Shown one piece after another: positions 35,701 to 50,800 of a DNA stretch of 64,000 bases; the first letter of the stretch is position 1, and the number at the start of each line of letters is the position of its first letter. This stretch comes from Felis catus (Eukaryota), in assembly GCF_018350175.1 (NCBI RefSeq), contig NC_058369.1:16432001-16496000 (forward strand). Direction: 5' to 3'. The position numbers were made by a program, and so were the translations under genes. The notes under the pieces are model-generated. The model was not told the DNA's origin, made no database searches, and saw only the letters and a program-made list of their open reading frames with translations.

Positions 35701-38597
35701 TATGGTCACCCCCTCCATGCAGCGAGGTTTGGAACAACTAAAGGACCTACTCAATGGTTCACAGCAAATAAAAGATAGGTCAGCACTAAAACTGAGGTTT
35801 TCTGATTGCATCATGCTTCCAAAACTTTCAAAATAAGGCTTGGGTGTGTGTTCTGCATAACAGCCAGAGAAGTGTGACCATGTCCATTCTTACCAAATGA
35901 GAAAAGAAAGAAAACCACAAACTGTTAGGGCTGCAAAGGCCTCAGATAACATCAGGTACAGGATGAACCAGATCCAGTGGCCCACGGAACCTGTTATAAA
36001 TAGAACCTACCAAGTCACAATCTTCCTGGTAAGACCTGGAAGTCTGAATGCTCCCAGAGCCTGCCCACTCCCGGGTCACACTTCTGCCACATGGTCCACC
36101 GGAAGAGCCTCCGAGTCAGACCCCCATCCCTCCTCTTAGAGAGGCTGACCGAGGAGAGGAAGTGAGTGGTAGGAGGCCGCCCCAAGCTGCAGTGACCAGG
36201 GTGGGCGCTGGACAGAGCAGGCAGGATGAGGAGCAGTACAGACAAAGCCCTCATACAACATAAACATCCTGAGAGCAGCAGGAGGTCCAGGTGAAACGTG
36301 CAGGACGAGAAGGACAAGAGCTAGGCCTGGACCACAGTCTCCTGACTTCAAGCTGACCGGGCTGTCTACACCATCAGGTTGCCTGCAGCCACGGAGGAAG
36401 CAGAACGGACCCTGAGTTCCCAGGTCACTCTACGGGCCGCCCAGTGCCTGTGCCCCCGCCTTACGTGGGAAGGCTCTACCTAAGCCTGGGCAAAACAGAG
36501 CCAGCTGCACAGTACAGAGGCTGAGAGCGCCCTACACTCACTTTCCGACCTAGGAAGGGGGCAGGGGGCAGCAGCACAGACTTCCCTTTGGCAGCAGCTG
36601 CAACAGGACTGCAGGGCCGCAGCCGAGCCCGCGGCTGAGTCTAGTACAGAGGCAGGTAGGCAGGTAGGGGAGCCACTTTTCACAAGAACTGCTGGGCTTC
36701 TTTTTGCCTGCATACCTCCAAGACTGGCTCTTGTTTTTTAAACAAACAAAATAGATTTCTGTTGCTTGCAACTAAGTACCCGGGCTACACGTGACCCTTT
36801 ATAGCAATAACCTAACAGTAAAGTATGTGCAGGACTTTCAGGGCTCAAAATTGTCTTAGGTCCCACAGCTCATTGGATCCACGGGGAGATCTTGGGAGGT
36901 AAGCAGCATAAAGGTTCTGACGCCCACTTTGCAAATGGAGAAGCCGGGCGCAGGATGTCGGGTGTTCTGTGTACTTGGCCCCAGCACCCCCTCCCCCCAG
37001 CCAAGTCCATCACAAAGGCCAAAGGCTGACGCAGGCAAGGCACTCAGCTGGCCTGGGGTCCGCCTCCCCATCCCTCCATCCCAACAGGGAGCTGAGCGTG
37101 CAAGGTACACAGCCCCAACACGAGCAGGTTGGAAAAGCAAATTCTTTGCACGTCAATTCCCAGGCAACTCAGCACTTTACAGAGCGACAAAGTGTGCTGA
37201 GGCTTCTGGGCGACTAGAAGCTATTTTAACCTCTGATCAGCTGCTTCTCCAAGTGTCACAGTCTGGGGAGAAGTAAAGGTAAGGCAGCTGTCTTCTCTCT
37301 GGTGTGATTCAGAAGTGATAAAATCCTAATTGAAACCAAATTTAAACTATAAGTCAGAACTGGCACATTTATTTGTGGGCGGAAATACTGCTTAAAGGAG
37401 GTCTTTTAATCCTCACCTATACATGTTTCCTCGAGAAGCCAAGAGTACTTTTTTAAGCCATGTGCTGGGCTGAGGGGCTGAGAAGGCAGAAGCACACGAG
37501 GAAGCAGCTGGGAGCTGACCGGCTTGCTGTGAACGTGAGCGATCACTAGCTTTGCGGGGCTGCACCTTCCTCAGCTGCGGAGAGCTGATAACCAGAGTCG
37601 ACACGGTGTGAGGAGCCCTGTGCCATGGCCCGCGTGGAGTAGGTCCTCGGTGAGGAGGCGCCAACCACGGTATGACGGTGGAGCCCCAGCACAAGGCCTG
37701 TGCCCTCAAAGCGTGAGGCCCACGACATCCCACCCCCCTGCCCAGCGATGTCCACTCCCCTCACCCCACTGCCGAAAAGGGTCACAGAACAGATCCCCGC
37801 ACGCATGCCTCTTTCCTTCCCTCAGGTCACCCAGAGCGGCCGCCAGCATCACCCAGTGGGCGACCAAGCTCTTGCCCTTGGGCTGACCAGTTCAGAAGGG
37901 CAGACCCTACGTGCACGCAGACAATGTGAGTCCAAGCCAGAAGAGACCAGCCACAGTGTGCAGGGAACCGGGGGAGGCAGGCGGTTTCCACACAGGGTCT
38001 CCCCAAATTTGGACCACCTCCACACCTGCCAGCGCTGCCCCACCCCTCCTCTTCTTCCATGCCTCCCCATAGCTGTCATCCTCCATGCCCTGCCCTCGAT
38101 CCCTTCTCAGATGTTCTCTCAGCGCCTCGGCCAGGTCTCACTCCAGTTGGAGAGCTACACAACCTGGGACACAGAGCCCAAATGGGGACAGCCCCATAAG
38201 CTAATCAAGGAGATCAAGTGGGGTCAGCACATTCACAGCGGGTTCAGAAGCTCTCTCCTCGGCACAGCGCACCGTTTATGGAGTACAAGTGCTCCCAGCC
38301 CTCCCTCCAGAACTCTCGTGGCTCTGGGACACCCCGCCCCAGTGTATAGCGCTGTGTTGTCTTATAATTTCTTTTCTTTTTTAGTTTTTTTTTTAACGTT
38401 TATTTATTTTTGAGACAGAGCATGAACGGGGGAGGATCAGAGACAGGGAGACACAGAATCTGAAACAGGCTCCAGGCTCTGAGCTGTCAGCACAGAGCCC
38501 GACGCGGGGCTCGAACTCACGGACCGCGAGATCATGACCTGAGCTGAAGTCGGCCGCTTAACCGACTGAGCCACCCAAGCGCCCCTATAATTTCTTA

Positions 38598-38635
<38 letters not shown>

Positions 38636-39153
38636 TGGTGGGACACGGGTCCAGTCTCCCCACAGGGTCCCCAGTCTGCCCTTGCTGACCTCGGTCCCCA
38701 AGCCCTACACAGGGCCTGGCACATAGCAGGCACTCAACAAGAAGAGTGATGCTGGCCGGGTGCACAAGGAGGGCTCAAAGGGCTCAGTGACCTAATCCTT
38801 GTCCCAGAGGGCCCAGTGCACATTCCCACTCCTGAACAGTTCTGGGCTCCTGGACCCCCGGACCCAGAGCAGGGAAAGTTCTCTCATCTGATGGCTTCCT
38901 CACCCAGGTAGCAAACACAGGTGCATTTTCTTTAGGATTCAATTACCCGCTCCCCCCTCTCCCTCCCTGCCCCCCCTGCAAGAAATCTTGGGGCGCCTGG
39001 GTGGCTCAGTCGGTTAAGCGTCCGACTTCAGCTCAGGTCATGATCTCACAGTTCATGAGTTTGAGCCCCACATCAGGCTCTGTGCTGACAGCTCAGAGCC
39101 TGGAGCCTGACTGAGATTCTGTGTATCCCTCTCTCTACCCCTTGCCTGTTTGA

Positions 39154-39185
<32 letters not shown>

Positions 39186-41397
39186 AAAAGTAAATAAACA
39201 TTAAAAAAAAATTAAAAAAAAAATCTGGTGGTACCAGGCCCAGAACACAGTGTGGAGGCAGGAGGGAGGGGCTGTCCTTGAAAGGACAAATGTCTTCTGC
39301 TCCAGCCACTCACACTTTCTCCAGACAGAGCAGCTCTTTAGAAGCCTGAATGAAAACAGCCCTCGAGTGTGGATTTTTACTCCCCACGGGGCATCGTTAC
39401 CACAGTGACCGTTTTTCCTCTTGGAATTCTTTCAAGAGTACAAGCCATTGCTTCCCTCCTAAACAAAACTGGGGAGAAGCCAGGCCACCAAGGGTTAAGG
39501 GAAGGGCCCTGAAGGAAGCAGGGCTAGACACATCCAAGCCACATCAAGTGCTGCAGTGGGGTCTCCTGAACCTCTACAGCCGCTTAGAAATGACAAGCCC
39601 CTCCCAGCTGCTGAGCGTGTGCGTAGCAGGGGAGTGTTGAGGGAACAGTGTGTGTGTGGGGTGGGGGGGGGAGGCTTGTGAGTATGGGGGAGTTGTGTGT
39701 GTGTAGTCTGGGGAGATACGGGTTGTGTGTAGGTGTGGGTTGGAGCTGGGGGTATAGAGGGAGTGGGGGTGTGGGGATTGGAGGGTAGGCAGGTATACTA
39801 TGTATGTGTATGCATACATGCACTGGGGGTGGCTTGGGAATCTCGGGGGGCATGTGGGGAAGTGTGTGGGTGTGGGATGGGGAAGTGTTCCTCACTATCC
39901 CAACATGAAACACAGGCCACATCTTCCCCCTAAACAAGAACATGAATTGCATTTCAAATCAGAATTATAATACTTAGCACTACAGATCGACCACATCCTG
40001 GCCCAAATGTCCACAGGGGCCAAATGTTTTGTTTCGTGTCTTTTACTTTTTTTTTTTTTTAACATTTTTTTACTTTTGACAGTATGAGGGGGGCGGAGGG
40101 ACAAGGAGACACAGAATCTGAACCAGGCTCCAGGCTGTGCGCAAGCTGTCAACACAGAGCCCGATGCAAGGCTCAAACCCATGAACCGGGAGATTGTGAC
40201 CTGAGCCGAAGTTGGACACTCAGCCGACTGAGCCACCTAGGCGGCCAATTTAAAGCACGCAGCCCAAGCCTGAAACAAGTGACCTAGAAGCAACTGTTTG
40301 AGGCAACTCCTATTTCTTTTCAGAACACCCCTGCTCAGTTGGTCCGGGGCATGGATGGCAGTGCCAAGCAGCTCTTGAGGAACTGGCTTGGCGGGTCCCT
40401 GCCCACCCTGCAAGTCCAGCCAGTCCTCTTTTGATGCACAAAGCCCAGGGAGCTCAGAGTCATGGGACACAGAGCACTCAGTAAGGTGCCATTCGGGGGG
40501 GGGGGGGCGCCACTGGGAGATGTTAAGTAAGTTTAGGAGTGGTCGCCGCCTACAAGGAGCTACCCGTCTACTGAGGAGCTGGCAGAAACTGGGACTAACA
40601 TGCCAAAAAAAGCCACTACTACTAGCTACTGCTACTATTATAATCACCACAATTATTATCGAGATGTTGCGTGAGGTTAGCAGTATCATCAAGGATGCTG
40701 TGCCAACCATTCACAAGAAAATAGTCTTCTTTCTAAAAAACAAATGCCAAATAACGAATAGTGCTGAGTCACTGATATCCACGCTGGGGGAAAAAAATCC
40801 TGACTCCTACCTCATGCCATGCAAAAACAAAGAAATTCCAAACGGACTGGAAATCTAAAGGTGAGGGGTGCCTGGACAGTCAGTCGGTTAAGCGTCTGAC
40901 TTCGGCTCAGGTCATGATCTCACGGTTCATGGGTTCGAGCCCCGCATTGGGCTCTGTGATGACAGCTCGGAGCCTGGAGCCTGCTTCGGATTCTGTGTCT
41001 CCGTCTCTCTCTGCCCCTCCCTGGCTCACACTGTCTCTCTCTCTCTCAAAAATAAATAAACATTAAAAAAAATTTTTTTTAACTCTAAAGGTGAAAGGTA
41101 AGACAATAAAACTTCTAGAATATAGCATAAGAGAACATCATCATGACCTAGGAGTATACAACTACTGCATTTCCTTAAGCAGGCCACAGAACATATTCAG
41201 AAGAAAATTTTTTGACAAATTGGACTACATAAAAATAAAGAACGTCGGGGCGCCTGGGTGGCGCAGTCGGTTAAGCGTCCGACTTCAGCCAGGTCACGAT
41301 CTCGCGGTCTGTGAGTTCGAGCCCCGCGTCAGGCTCTGGGCTGATGGCCTGCTTCCGATTCTGTGTCTCCCTCTCTCTCTGCCCCTCCCCCGTTCAT

Positions 41398-41453
<56 letters not shown>

Positions 41454-41490
41454 CCAAAAATAAAATAAAAAGTTGAAAAAAAAAATTAAA

Positions 41491-41522
<32 letters not shown>

Positions 41523-42606
41523 ACGAACGAACGAACGTCTTCTGTTCACCAAAGAAATCAATTAAAAGGATGAAAAGTCAGGGCACCTGGTGGCTCAGTT
41601 GGTTAGGCATCCGACTCTTGGTTTTGGCTCAGGTCGTGATCTCACGGTCCTGAGATTGAGCCCCATCAGGTTCTGAGCTCTGCACTAGGCACGGAGCCTG
41701 CTTGGGATTCTCTCTCTCTCCCACTCTCTCTGTCCCTCCTCCGCTTGTGTGCTTGCTCTCACACACTTGTACATGTGCACATGCTCTGTCTTTCTCTCTC
41801 TCTCAAAATAAATAAATAAACTTAAAAAAAAAGGCATGAAAAGTCAAGGCCTAGAGGAGGAGAAAATGCAATACATCTACAGAACAAAGGACTTACTCAG
41901 AACACGAATGAAGAACTAGAAATTAACAGGAAACAGTATCAGGCAACCCAATAAAAAAGGGGAAAAGGCAAAAGGCTTGAACAGGCACTCACTTAAACAT
42001 ATGAAAAGATGCTCAACTGTATTTGCGAATTTAAGCCGTAAAGGGATACCACTACATCCCCACCAGCATGGCTCACATGAAAAAGACTAGCCACTGGGAG
42101 TGTCAGAGAGGAATGCTCAGACACTGCTGGTGGGAGTGTGAAATGGTGTAGCCACTGGGAAAGCTGCCTGGCAGTATCTAGCCATGACCAAGCACTTCTA
42201 CTCCTAGGCATATACATACCCAGCAGACATATGTACACAAGTCCACCAAGACATTCACAAGACCGGGACTAACAGCACAGTCCATTATGGCTCCAGCCTC
42301 AAAACCTAGAGGACAGATCCCATGGGGTACATTCGAATAATGGAATACTGCACAGCGGTAAGAATGAACTGACACCACACCCAATGGCTCAGACACAACA
42401 ATCAATGAAAGAAATCAGACCCCAAAAGACTATGTACTTTATGACTCCCTTTGTATAAAGTTCGAAAGAAAAGCCAACCAATGGTGTTAAAAGTCCCAAA
42501 CGATTAATCTTGGGGTGCAAGCACCCGGGCAGGGAGCAGGAGGGGAATTCTGGGAGGCTGCCATGTTTCTTGATCTGAGTGACTGATTACATAATGTGCT
42601 CGTGTG

Positions 42607-42642
<36 letters not shown>

Positions 42643-44769
42643 CTGGGCTGATTTGTCTCCTTTTCTCTATGTACAGTACACTTCAATTAAAAGAGAATTT
42701 TTTTAATGTCACTACAGAGTTGTCAAAAATAGAAGTTAAGCCCATATATAAAAAAAAAAAAAAACACATTACTAAAATCGAAAGAGAGGACAGTAAGAAG
42801 TCAGTCCCCAAAGAGAGGAGTACCTCAGGTCCCCGAAGCACACCCAGAGGACGGCTACCTGGAGGGAAGCACACGCCCTTCTGCCCTCCTGGCTCTAGGA
42901 AACAGGCAACAACAACTGAGGGATTCACCACCAAGGTCACAAAAATTCTTTTGGAAAAAGCTAATGGAAAAATGAAAAACCAGCTTGAATTTCAAGATTC
43001 CTTTGCTTTTCAACCCTCTGTCCCCCATCTGTAGGCCTTGCAAACACCTGGTTACATCTTGTCACGCCACAGGAGTCACTCAAAGGGAAAGCTGAGGCCC
43101 CAACAACGTGTCAGTTGCGTAGCAAGAAAGAGGGACCTCATCTTACGGCCTCCTGCCCAGGGCTGCTTCATGAGGCTGCCTCGGGTGACAGGTGAGCTAA
43201 ACAGCGAAGGATCCAGAACAGCATGCATCTACCTCGAGAAGCCCTGCCCTCTGAGGGACACTTAGAGGCTCACCCCTAGCCCAGGCCAGTAGTGTCTCCC
43301 CAGAATATGAGACCAGTTTGCGGGAAGGTCTCCTCCGCTTTGAGGCAGCCCACTGCAGGGCCCTCCCTGCTCGGCTCCCAGGGGAAGCAGGCACCAGTTC
43401 CACGCCACGGGCAGAGCACCACGGGACTCGGCCAGGAGGCGGTGGGCTCCCCAGGGAGGTGACCAAGGTCAGAGGATCAGGGTGTGGGCCCTGTCTCGGT
43501 CTCTGCTGTCACATCTGTAAGATAAAGGGGTCCTCACTAGGGGTAAAATACAAGTGTAGCAGAAAGGACACATGCGCACACACCATCTCACTTCATCTTC
43601 ATCCCGGGAGGCAGGGGTTACCATGGCGACTTCTGGCCAAAGACTCACAAAGCTCGGGAACATGAAGAGATTTATCTCTCCATTGATCTCAGGGTTGGCA
43701 GAGCACGGTGGCAAAAAGCAATTGTTCCAACAACCCCCGGTGCAGGGGGCTGACTCCGGCACAGCATTCAGCTCCCCTGGGAGCAGCCCTCAGGGTCTGC
43801 CCACCTGCAGGGGACGGGGTGGGGAAGGCTGCCCACACCACAACAGCGGGCCAGCCCAGAGAGCAAGGCCACAGGAGCACTGCCTCAGCCTGGTGCTGCC
43901 TCTCCTGGGAGATCAGGGAGTCTCACAGGTGAAGGCTGGCGTGGCCTCAAAGCAGAGGACAAGCCTAACCCACGGCGAGGCTGTGACCAGGACCCCCCTG
44001 GCACCTTCCCCTCCCGCACGCACTTCCCGGAAACAGCCGGACCAAAATCGCTTGCCCATCACCTTGTCGGGTCCAAACCCATTCTGGTCCTCACCTGGCT
44101 TCTCTCAGCCCCCCTGCCCCCCATCTAAGTTTCCTCTGCTAGTGCCTCTGACATGCCTGTTCCCCCAGCCCTTGTCTCTGCTGGCTAAACTGGCACCTAG
44201 GGGACCTCCTCTAGCCCCAGGGCTCCAGATCCTATCCACACAGGCATCTCTCTGCAGTCCCGATGCCCACTTGACAGGCTCTCTCCACCTAGATGGCTAA
44301 TAGGCCCGATGTAGCCACGCCACACTCCTGATTCCCCTTCAAAACCACTCTCCCTGTGCCTCTCACCTCAGGTACAGGTGCCACCATCCCCCCAGCCAGC
44401 CCAGCCCACCTGCCAGGATGTCCTGTGACCCTCACGGCTCGCCCAATGCAGCAGCCTCCTGCCTCCACACAGTCAGGACAGGGCCCAGTCCTCAGGTCTC
44501 CAATGGCTCCCCACTGCCCCTAGAGCCCAGCCCCTGTGGCCCCAGCCTGCCAAGGCCTCTCTACTCGAGTTCCTGCCCTACCTCTCCAACCCTTCACTGG
44601 ATGCCTGCCACGAAGGGGTTCTTTCTGCCCCTCAAACAAGCCAAGCTAGTTCTCTGCTCAGTTTAGAATGTTCTCCCCTAGATCCTGGCATCCCATCCCT
44701 CCCCTGCAACCACAACCATCTCCAATCTCCCCCTCGGAGGGGTCTTCCTGTCTTACACACAGCCCCTCC

Positions 44770-44825
<56 letters not shown>

Positions 44826-47800
44826 CCCGCCACTCACAGGTTCCTGACACTATCTTCCCTGTTCACACGTATACTGTCTCCCACCCCTCCTAGAGAAGCC
44901 CCTTGAGGAAGAGAAGCAGTCTTATTCACAATCTGGATCCCCAGGCCTGGCACACAGCCAGTCCTCCATAAATACCTGCTTGATGACTGACTGCAGAGTT
45001 CCTGCCATGAGGATGTGCAACTAATGCCCCAGGGAAAGGAGGTGTTCTCCTTCCTTTTGTCATGGGAGAATGTCAAGGAAGTGATCAAAGATTTGTGTAA
45101 AAAAAAAAAAAAAAAATGAATCATCTGGGGATCTTTAAAACTGCATGATTTCTAGGCTCCATACCAAGATCTCAACGGGAGATTTGGGGTGGAGCCAAAG
45201 AAAAGAATGCACCTTGTCTCCCCAGGTGATCCTGACGCACAGGTAGGTTTGAAAACCTCAGACTGATCTGACACCTTCATTTCACACATGACAAGTTAAG
45301 GCCCTCTGAAGGGATGACTCCATCCAAAGTTGCAACACTGGCTCATCAACAGGTGTCTGTGTTGAGAGTCCCAAACTTCCCACCCACAAGGTTCTCCCTG
45401 TCACTAGCTCCAAGATCTCAGGGTCTGAGCAGAGCTGGGGAAGAGAAGGTTGGTCCTCAGGAAGAATGGGGAACACACACACACCATCTTGGCTGTGGCT
45501 CTGCAAATCTACTTGTGTTAATCTAACACTTTGCACTAAACGTGAATTCCACTTCGAGGAAGGAGAGCTAGGCTGAGGAAAGCCGGGGGGACCACCGAGA
45601 TGTCCTCTTCGCTTCCCTTAGAAACACCAGCTCTACCCACTGTCACCCAGCAGTGACACCCAGACTTCCTCACTTTGACAGGGTGGGTGAGAAAGGACAC
45701 ACATCCAACTTATAAAAGGCTCGTGGGTAAGACCTTGAACTAGCCACTTCATGGACCTCTTTCTCTGTTCTTCTAGCTACTTGATGAGGTCAGAAGCCAT
45801 GTCTTGGTTTTACAGACAAGGCCAGGGAGGCTCAGAGTTTTAAAGATCCACTCTGGGTCCCACAGATGTGTGGAACTGAGATTTAAATCAGATCCATCTG
45901 GGGGCACCTGGGTGGCTCACTCAGTTAAATGTCCAACTCTTGGTTTCAGCTCAAGGTCATGATCCCACGGTTCACTGAGTTGCAGCCCAGCATCGGGTTC
46001 TGTGCTGACAGTGCAGAGCCTGCTTAGGATTCTCTCCCTCTCTCTCTTAGAGAGAGGATTCTCTCCCTCTCTCTCTCTCTCTCCCCTGCTCCCTTGAGCT
46101 CTCTCTCTCTCTCTTTCGAAATAAACAAACTTAAAAAAAAAATCCATCTGGCTCCGAAAACTTAAAACAAACCAAACAAAACAATCCATCTGGCTCCAAA
46201 GCCCATGCTCTCCACTATACCACCCAGCGTCCACCAGGCGGCCTGATGGCAGTTTCTGTGTGTGATGGGAAGGAGACCCCATCCTGGGGGCTGCTTCTTC
46301 CCAAGCATCTGGGGGTGAGAAGCAGAGAGGGACACGGGGCCAGGGCTTCCTGGTCTATGGAACAGGGATAAACTGTTTTAAACCCACCTCAAAGGGCTGC
46401 TTGTGGATCGAGCAAATCAACAGATCCCCTCACAAGCTGCCACGTAAATGTTATGACAGCCGATCTGCAAGAGGCTGTCAACATGGAGGCGGTGACTCTT
46501 CTATACCGGGCATGGGGATATGGCCACATGAGGTCAGGCCAGCGGCAACTTCCTGACGGATGAGCAGGACATAGACAAGTCTGACTCCTCACCTAGAACA
46601 CTAGGCCCTTCTCCACCCCTACCCCACTCCACCCTACCCCACCCCACCACCCCACCCCTCACTGTCCGTCCCCCCACCAACAACTGCCAGCCCTTCCCTC
46701 CAGCTCCCCCTTCCACCCTCAGCCCACATTGGCCAAGACCCTCCCCGGTGCACCCAAGTCTGACATTATCAACGTGCTCCCCTCCACCTTGGCGCTGCTC
46801 TACTCTCCAGACTGCCAGTCTCTTGAGCACATAACTCATAACTGTACCTCGATGAAATGTCAGCATTTAACTCCACCGGAGTTAATGCACACACAGAGAA
46901 TAATGCACACAGAAATAAGCATCTGCTGCAGACAGCGGCCATGAAGACTGACAACCTCAAAGCCCTCTGCCGCAACGCTAGGCTCCCCAAGGCTGATCTC
47001 ATGGTCACCTGGGTTTCCACTTACCCTCTCCTTCATAGCTCTCAATAAATAAGGAGTTCAGTCAGAGACATGGCCTCTTACGAGTTGGGCGAGAGGGAAC
47101 AGGTCCTCCAGAGATGCACTGTCCAATAAGACAACCCTAAGTCAAGTGTGGCTGTTTAAATACAAATTAACTAAAAACGAGGGGGGCCTGGGTGGCTCAG
47201 TCATCCGACTTCAGCTCAGGTCATGATCTCACAGTTCATGAGTTGGAGCCCTGCATCGGGCTTTGCGCTGACAGCTTGGAGCCTGGAGCCTGCTTCAGAG
47301 TCTGTGTCTCCTTCTCTCTCTCTGCCCCTCCCCTGCTCGCACTCTGTCTCTTAGAACTGAATAAATGTTAAAAAAAAAAAAAAAATTTTTTTTTAATTAA
47401 CTAAAAGCGAAAAAATTTAATGAAACATCCTGTTGGTCACATTTCAGGGGCCCAAGAGCCACATGTGGCTATGGCTAGGGTACCGGCCAGCACAGCTTCT
47501 GTGCAGAACACTGCTGTGGCCACACCAAGTCCTACTGCTCCGGTCCATAGAGCCGGGTGAGAGACAGGCACCACTGGGGAAGCTGCAAGCTGACAGCCAA
47601 AGCTTGCTCCTGAGCTCATGAGCAGCCCGAGGAGCTGGCCAGCCACACCATGAGACTCCCTGTCACGGGACAGAACGAGACAGTCCAATCCAGGCTAAAT
47701 GCTCAGGAAAGCCGACAGCCAAGGGCAAGTGTTTGTGCCCAGTTGATGACCTTTAGGAGCCTCCACCTGACTGCTGAGAAAGACATGAGAGAAGGACGAA

Positions 47801-50800
47801 ACGGCCTCACACTGCCCTGCTGGATAGCACCGTAGAGAGATGCCACAGAGTTTCCTCTACACAGCTCTGAACTGTTCACCTACTCACCCAGCTTGGAACT
47901 TCTGCATGAGCGCCAAGAAATGAGGCTCAAGTACAATATAGAAATATGGGTGGCCGCCCTCCCAGCTAGAGGCCTGGGCTCCTGCAGAACTTGGCCACCA
48001 AAGCACCCAACAGCACTTTCAGACCTCACCCCTACTGCAATCACAGCCAAATGCTCGCTGTCAAACCCTCTGGAGCCTCCCTGACTGTCCCCACTGTTCC
48101 CCCCAACTGTTCCCCCCTCTGAGCCGCTCCCCTGGAATACTCCTTTCCAGCTACCTCAATATTCACTTCCCAGTCCCATCCTCCACGCCTTGGCCCAAAT
48201 GCCACTGTGCCTTCTCATGAAGCGTCCCCAGACCCAGCCTGGCTTGCCCAGAAATGACCCCCAGCAATACAGTCTAATAGCTTATGTTTTCTTCCCACCT
48301 ATCAGCCTGGGCTGGCTGACCCACAGGCAGTGCTGCACCCTTGCACGGAATCCTCTTCTTGCAGGGGTTCTTGCATGCTGGGATCCAGAAGCCCCTTATG
48401 CTCCTTAACCGTGGGCACCCTAGCGTCTCTGAACCTCTTGACTGGCCCCCCCACCAATCAGCGGGCTAGCAAGGAAGTACTTTATAAGACTGCCAGCTGC
48501 ACAACTATAGCTGAACTCTACAGCTGAATAACACGCGGAAACCTTACAACCCTGATCTTGTCTCCGTTTGTCACAATGTCAGGACTGGCTCTCCCCCATA
48601 CTGTCACCAAACCAAGTTTATAGTCTGCTGCAGGGAGGGGAGGAAGCTAACACCATGAGGGGACATCAACCCCATGCAGGACATCTTGATGCCTCCAGCA
48701 AAACCACGTGCCTACAGGTATCAGTGAGGGACCTGCCACTGAGTTGTAGGGGACCAGCAAGGAGCCATCCCCTTGGGGCAGACAGGTACTCTCCATCAGC
48801 AGGGGCAGGCTGAGAAACTCACTTCTCGTCTTCACCTCAGACAACTGAGCTGCAAGTGGGGAGCCACTTCCACTCTGCAGGAGGGGACCCCCTGCTCCCT
48901 GTCTGCCCACAGCAGGCCAGCCTTACTTCCTTCCCAGACTCCCCACTCAGATGGCTCACAAGAAATGACTGTGGGCTGGAAAATTAACTCAAACTGGAGA
49001 CCCTTGACTGTCTTTCTCTCGGGCATTGACCCTAAGAGAAATATCACTTAAGAACTGTAGATTAGGGGCGCTTGGGTGGCTAAGCGTCCGACTTCGGCTT
49101 AGGTCATGATCTCACGGTTTGTGGGTTCAAGCCCCGCACCAGGCTCTGTGCTGACAGCTGGGAGCCTGGAGCCTGTTTCGGATTCTGTGTCTCCCTCTCT
49201 CTCTACCCCTCACCCACTCATGCTCTGTCTCTCTGTCTCTCTCTCCCTCTCTGTCAAAAATAAACAGACATTAAAAAAAAAAAAAAAAGAACTGTAGATT
49301 AAATCTGACGCTAAAAGCACTCTTACAAAAAAAAATAAATAAAACTTAAAAACTTGTGCATCAAAGGACACTACCAAGAGAATGAAAAGACAACCCAAAG
49401 AATGGGAAAAAAAATACCTGGAAATCCCGTATTTAATAACGGTTTAATACCCAGAATATATAAAGAATTCAACTACAGCTCAATAACAGAAAAGCAACCC
49501 AACTGAAAAATGGGCAAAGGATATGAATAGATATTTCTCCTAAGAACATATACAAATGGGAAATAAGCACATGATTAAATGTTCAACGGCACTTACCATC
49601 AGGGAAATGCAAATCAAAACCACAATGAGATGCCACTTCACACCTACTACGGTAACTATCATTTGTTTTTTTTTTATTTTAGAGAGAGACACCCATGCAA
49701 GTGGGGGAGAGGGGCAGAGGAAAGAGAGAGAATCCCAAGCAGGCTCCATACTCGGCACGGAACCCAACGCGGGGCTCGATCTCATGACCCTGGGATTATG
49801 ACTTGAGCTGAAATCAAGAGTCGGACACTCAACCGGGCTACTGGGCGCCCCTACAATTTTTTTTTAAGGGAAAATAAGTGTCGGCAGGATGTAGGGAAAT
49901 TGGAATCCTCAGGCACTACTGGTGGTAGCGGAAAATGGTACAGCCACCATGGCAAACAGTTCGGTGGTTCCTCTAAAAGTTAAACATAGAATTACTATAT
50001 GACCCAGTAATTCCACTCCTTAAGTATATATCCAAAAGAACTGAAAATGGGGACTCCAATAACACTTATAAACCAGTAAGTCCACCAACACGCCAATGCC
50101 GGCATTAGTCACAAAACCCAATAGGCATTCATCAGCAGACAAATGAACAAACATCCACTGCAAGTGATAATCCACACAGTGGAATATTATGCAGCCTTAA
50201 AAAGGAATGGAATTCTCTTACATGCTAGAACATGGAAGAACCTTGAAAACGCATGCTTATGCTAAGGGAAACAAGCCAAACACAAAAGGACAAAGGTTCC
50301 ACTTGTATGAGGTACTTAGACTGGGCAAATTCATCAGCTTTGAGGTTGCAAGGGGCTTAGGAGAGGGGAAGGGGGAAGAGTTACTACTGTTCTATGGGTG
50401 TCACATTTCTGTTTGGTGTGATAAAAAAGTTTTGGAATCAGTGGTGGTGGTGGTACAACACTGTGAATATACTAATATCACTGAAAAATGTTTAAATGGC
50501 AAGTTTTAGGTTATATGTATTTTACCATTAAGAGAGAGAGAGAGAACTGTGGCGAATAAGGCTATACCCATCCTCACCAGGGGAAAGGAGGGCCAGAAAT
50601 CAGGATCCAGAGGGGATTAAGACCTGTGTATAAGGGCAGCCTGGACTTGGGACCTGTGCTCTTTTTCCAGTGTTGTGGTTTTTTGTTTTTGTTTTAAGCA
50701 TGTAACTCACAAAACCAAAAGGTATCAGGAAGTATACAATGAAGTTTTTCAAGCCACCCCTACCTTGCATCTGGGCAACCAGTCCAAGTCAGTGCATAGA

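Noticed and set aside
40762..40772. Perfect NF-E2/ARE motif TGCTGAGTCAC
   Set aside because: Isolated and within an L1 remnant, with no accompanying motif cluster.
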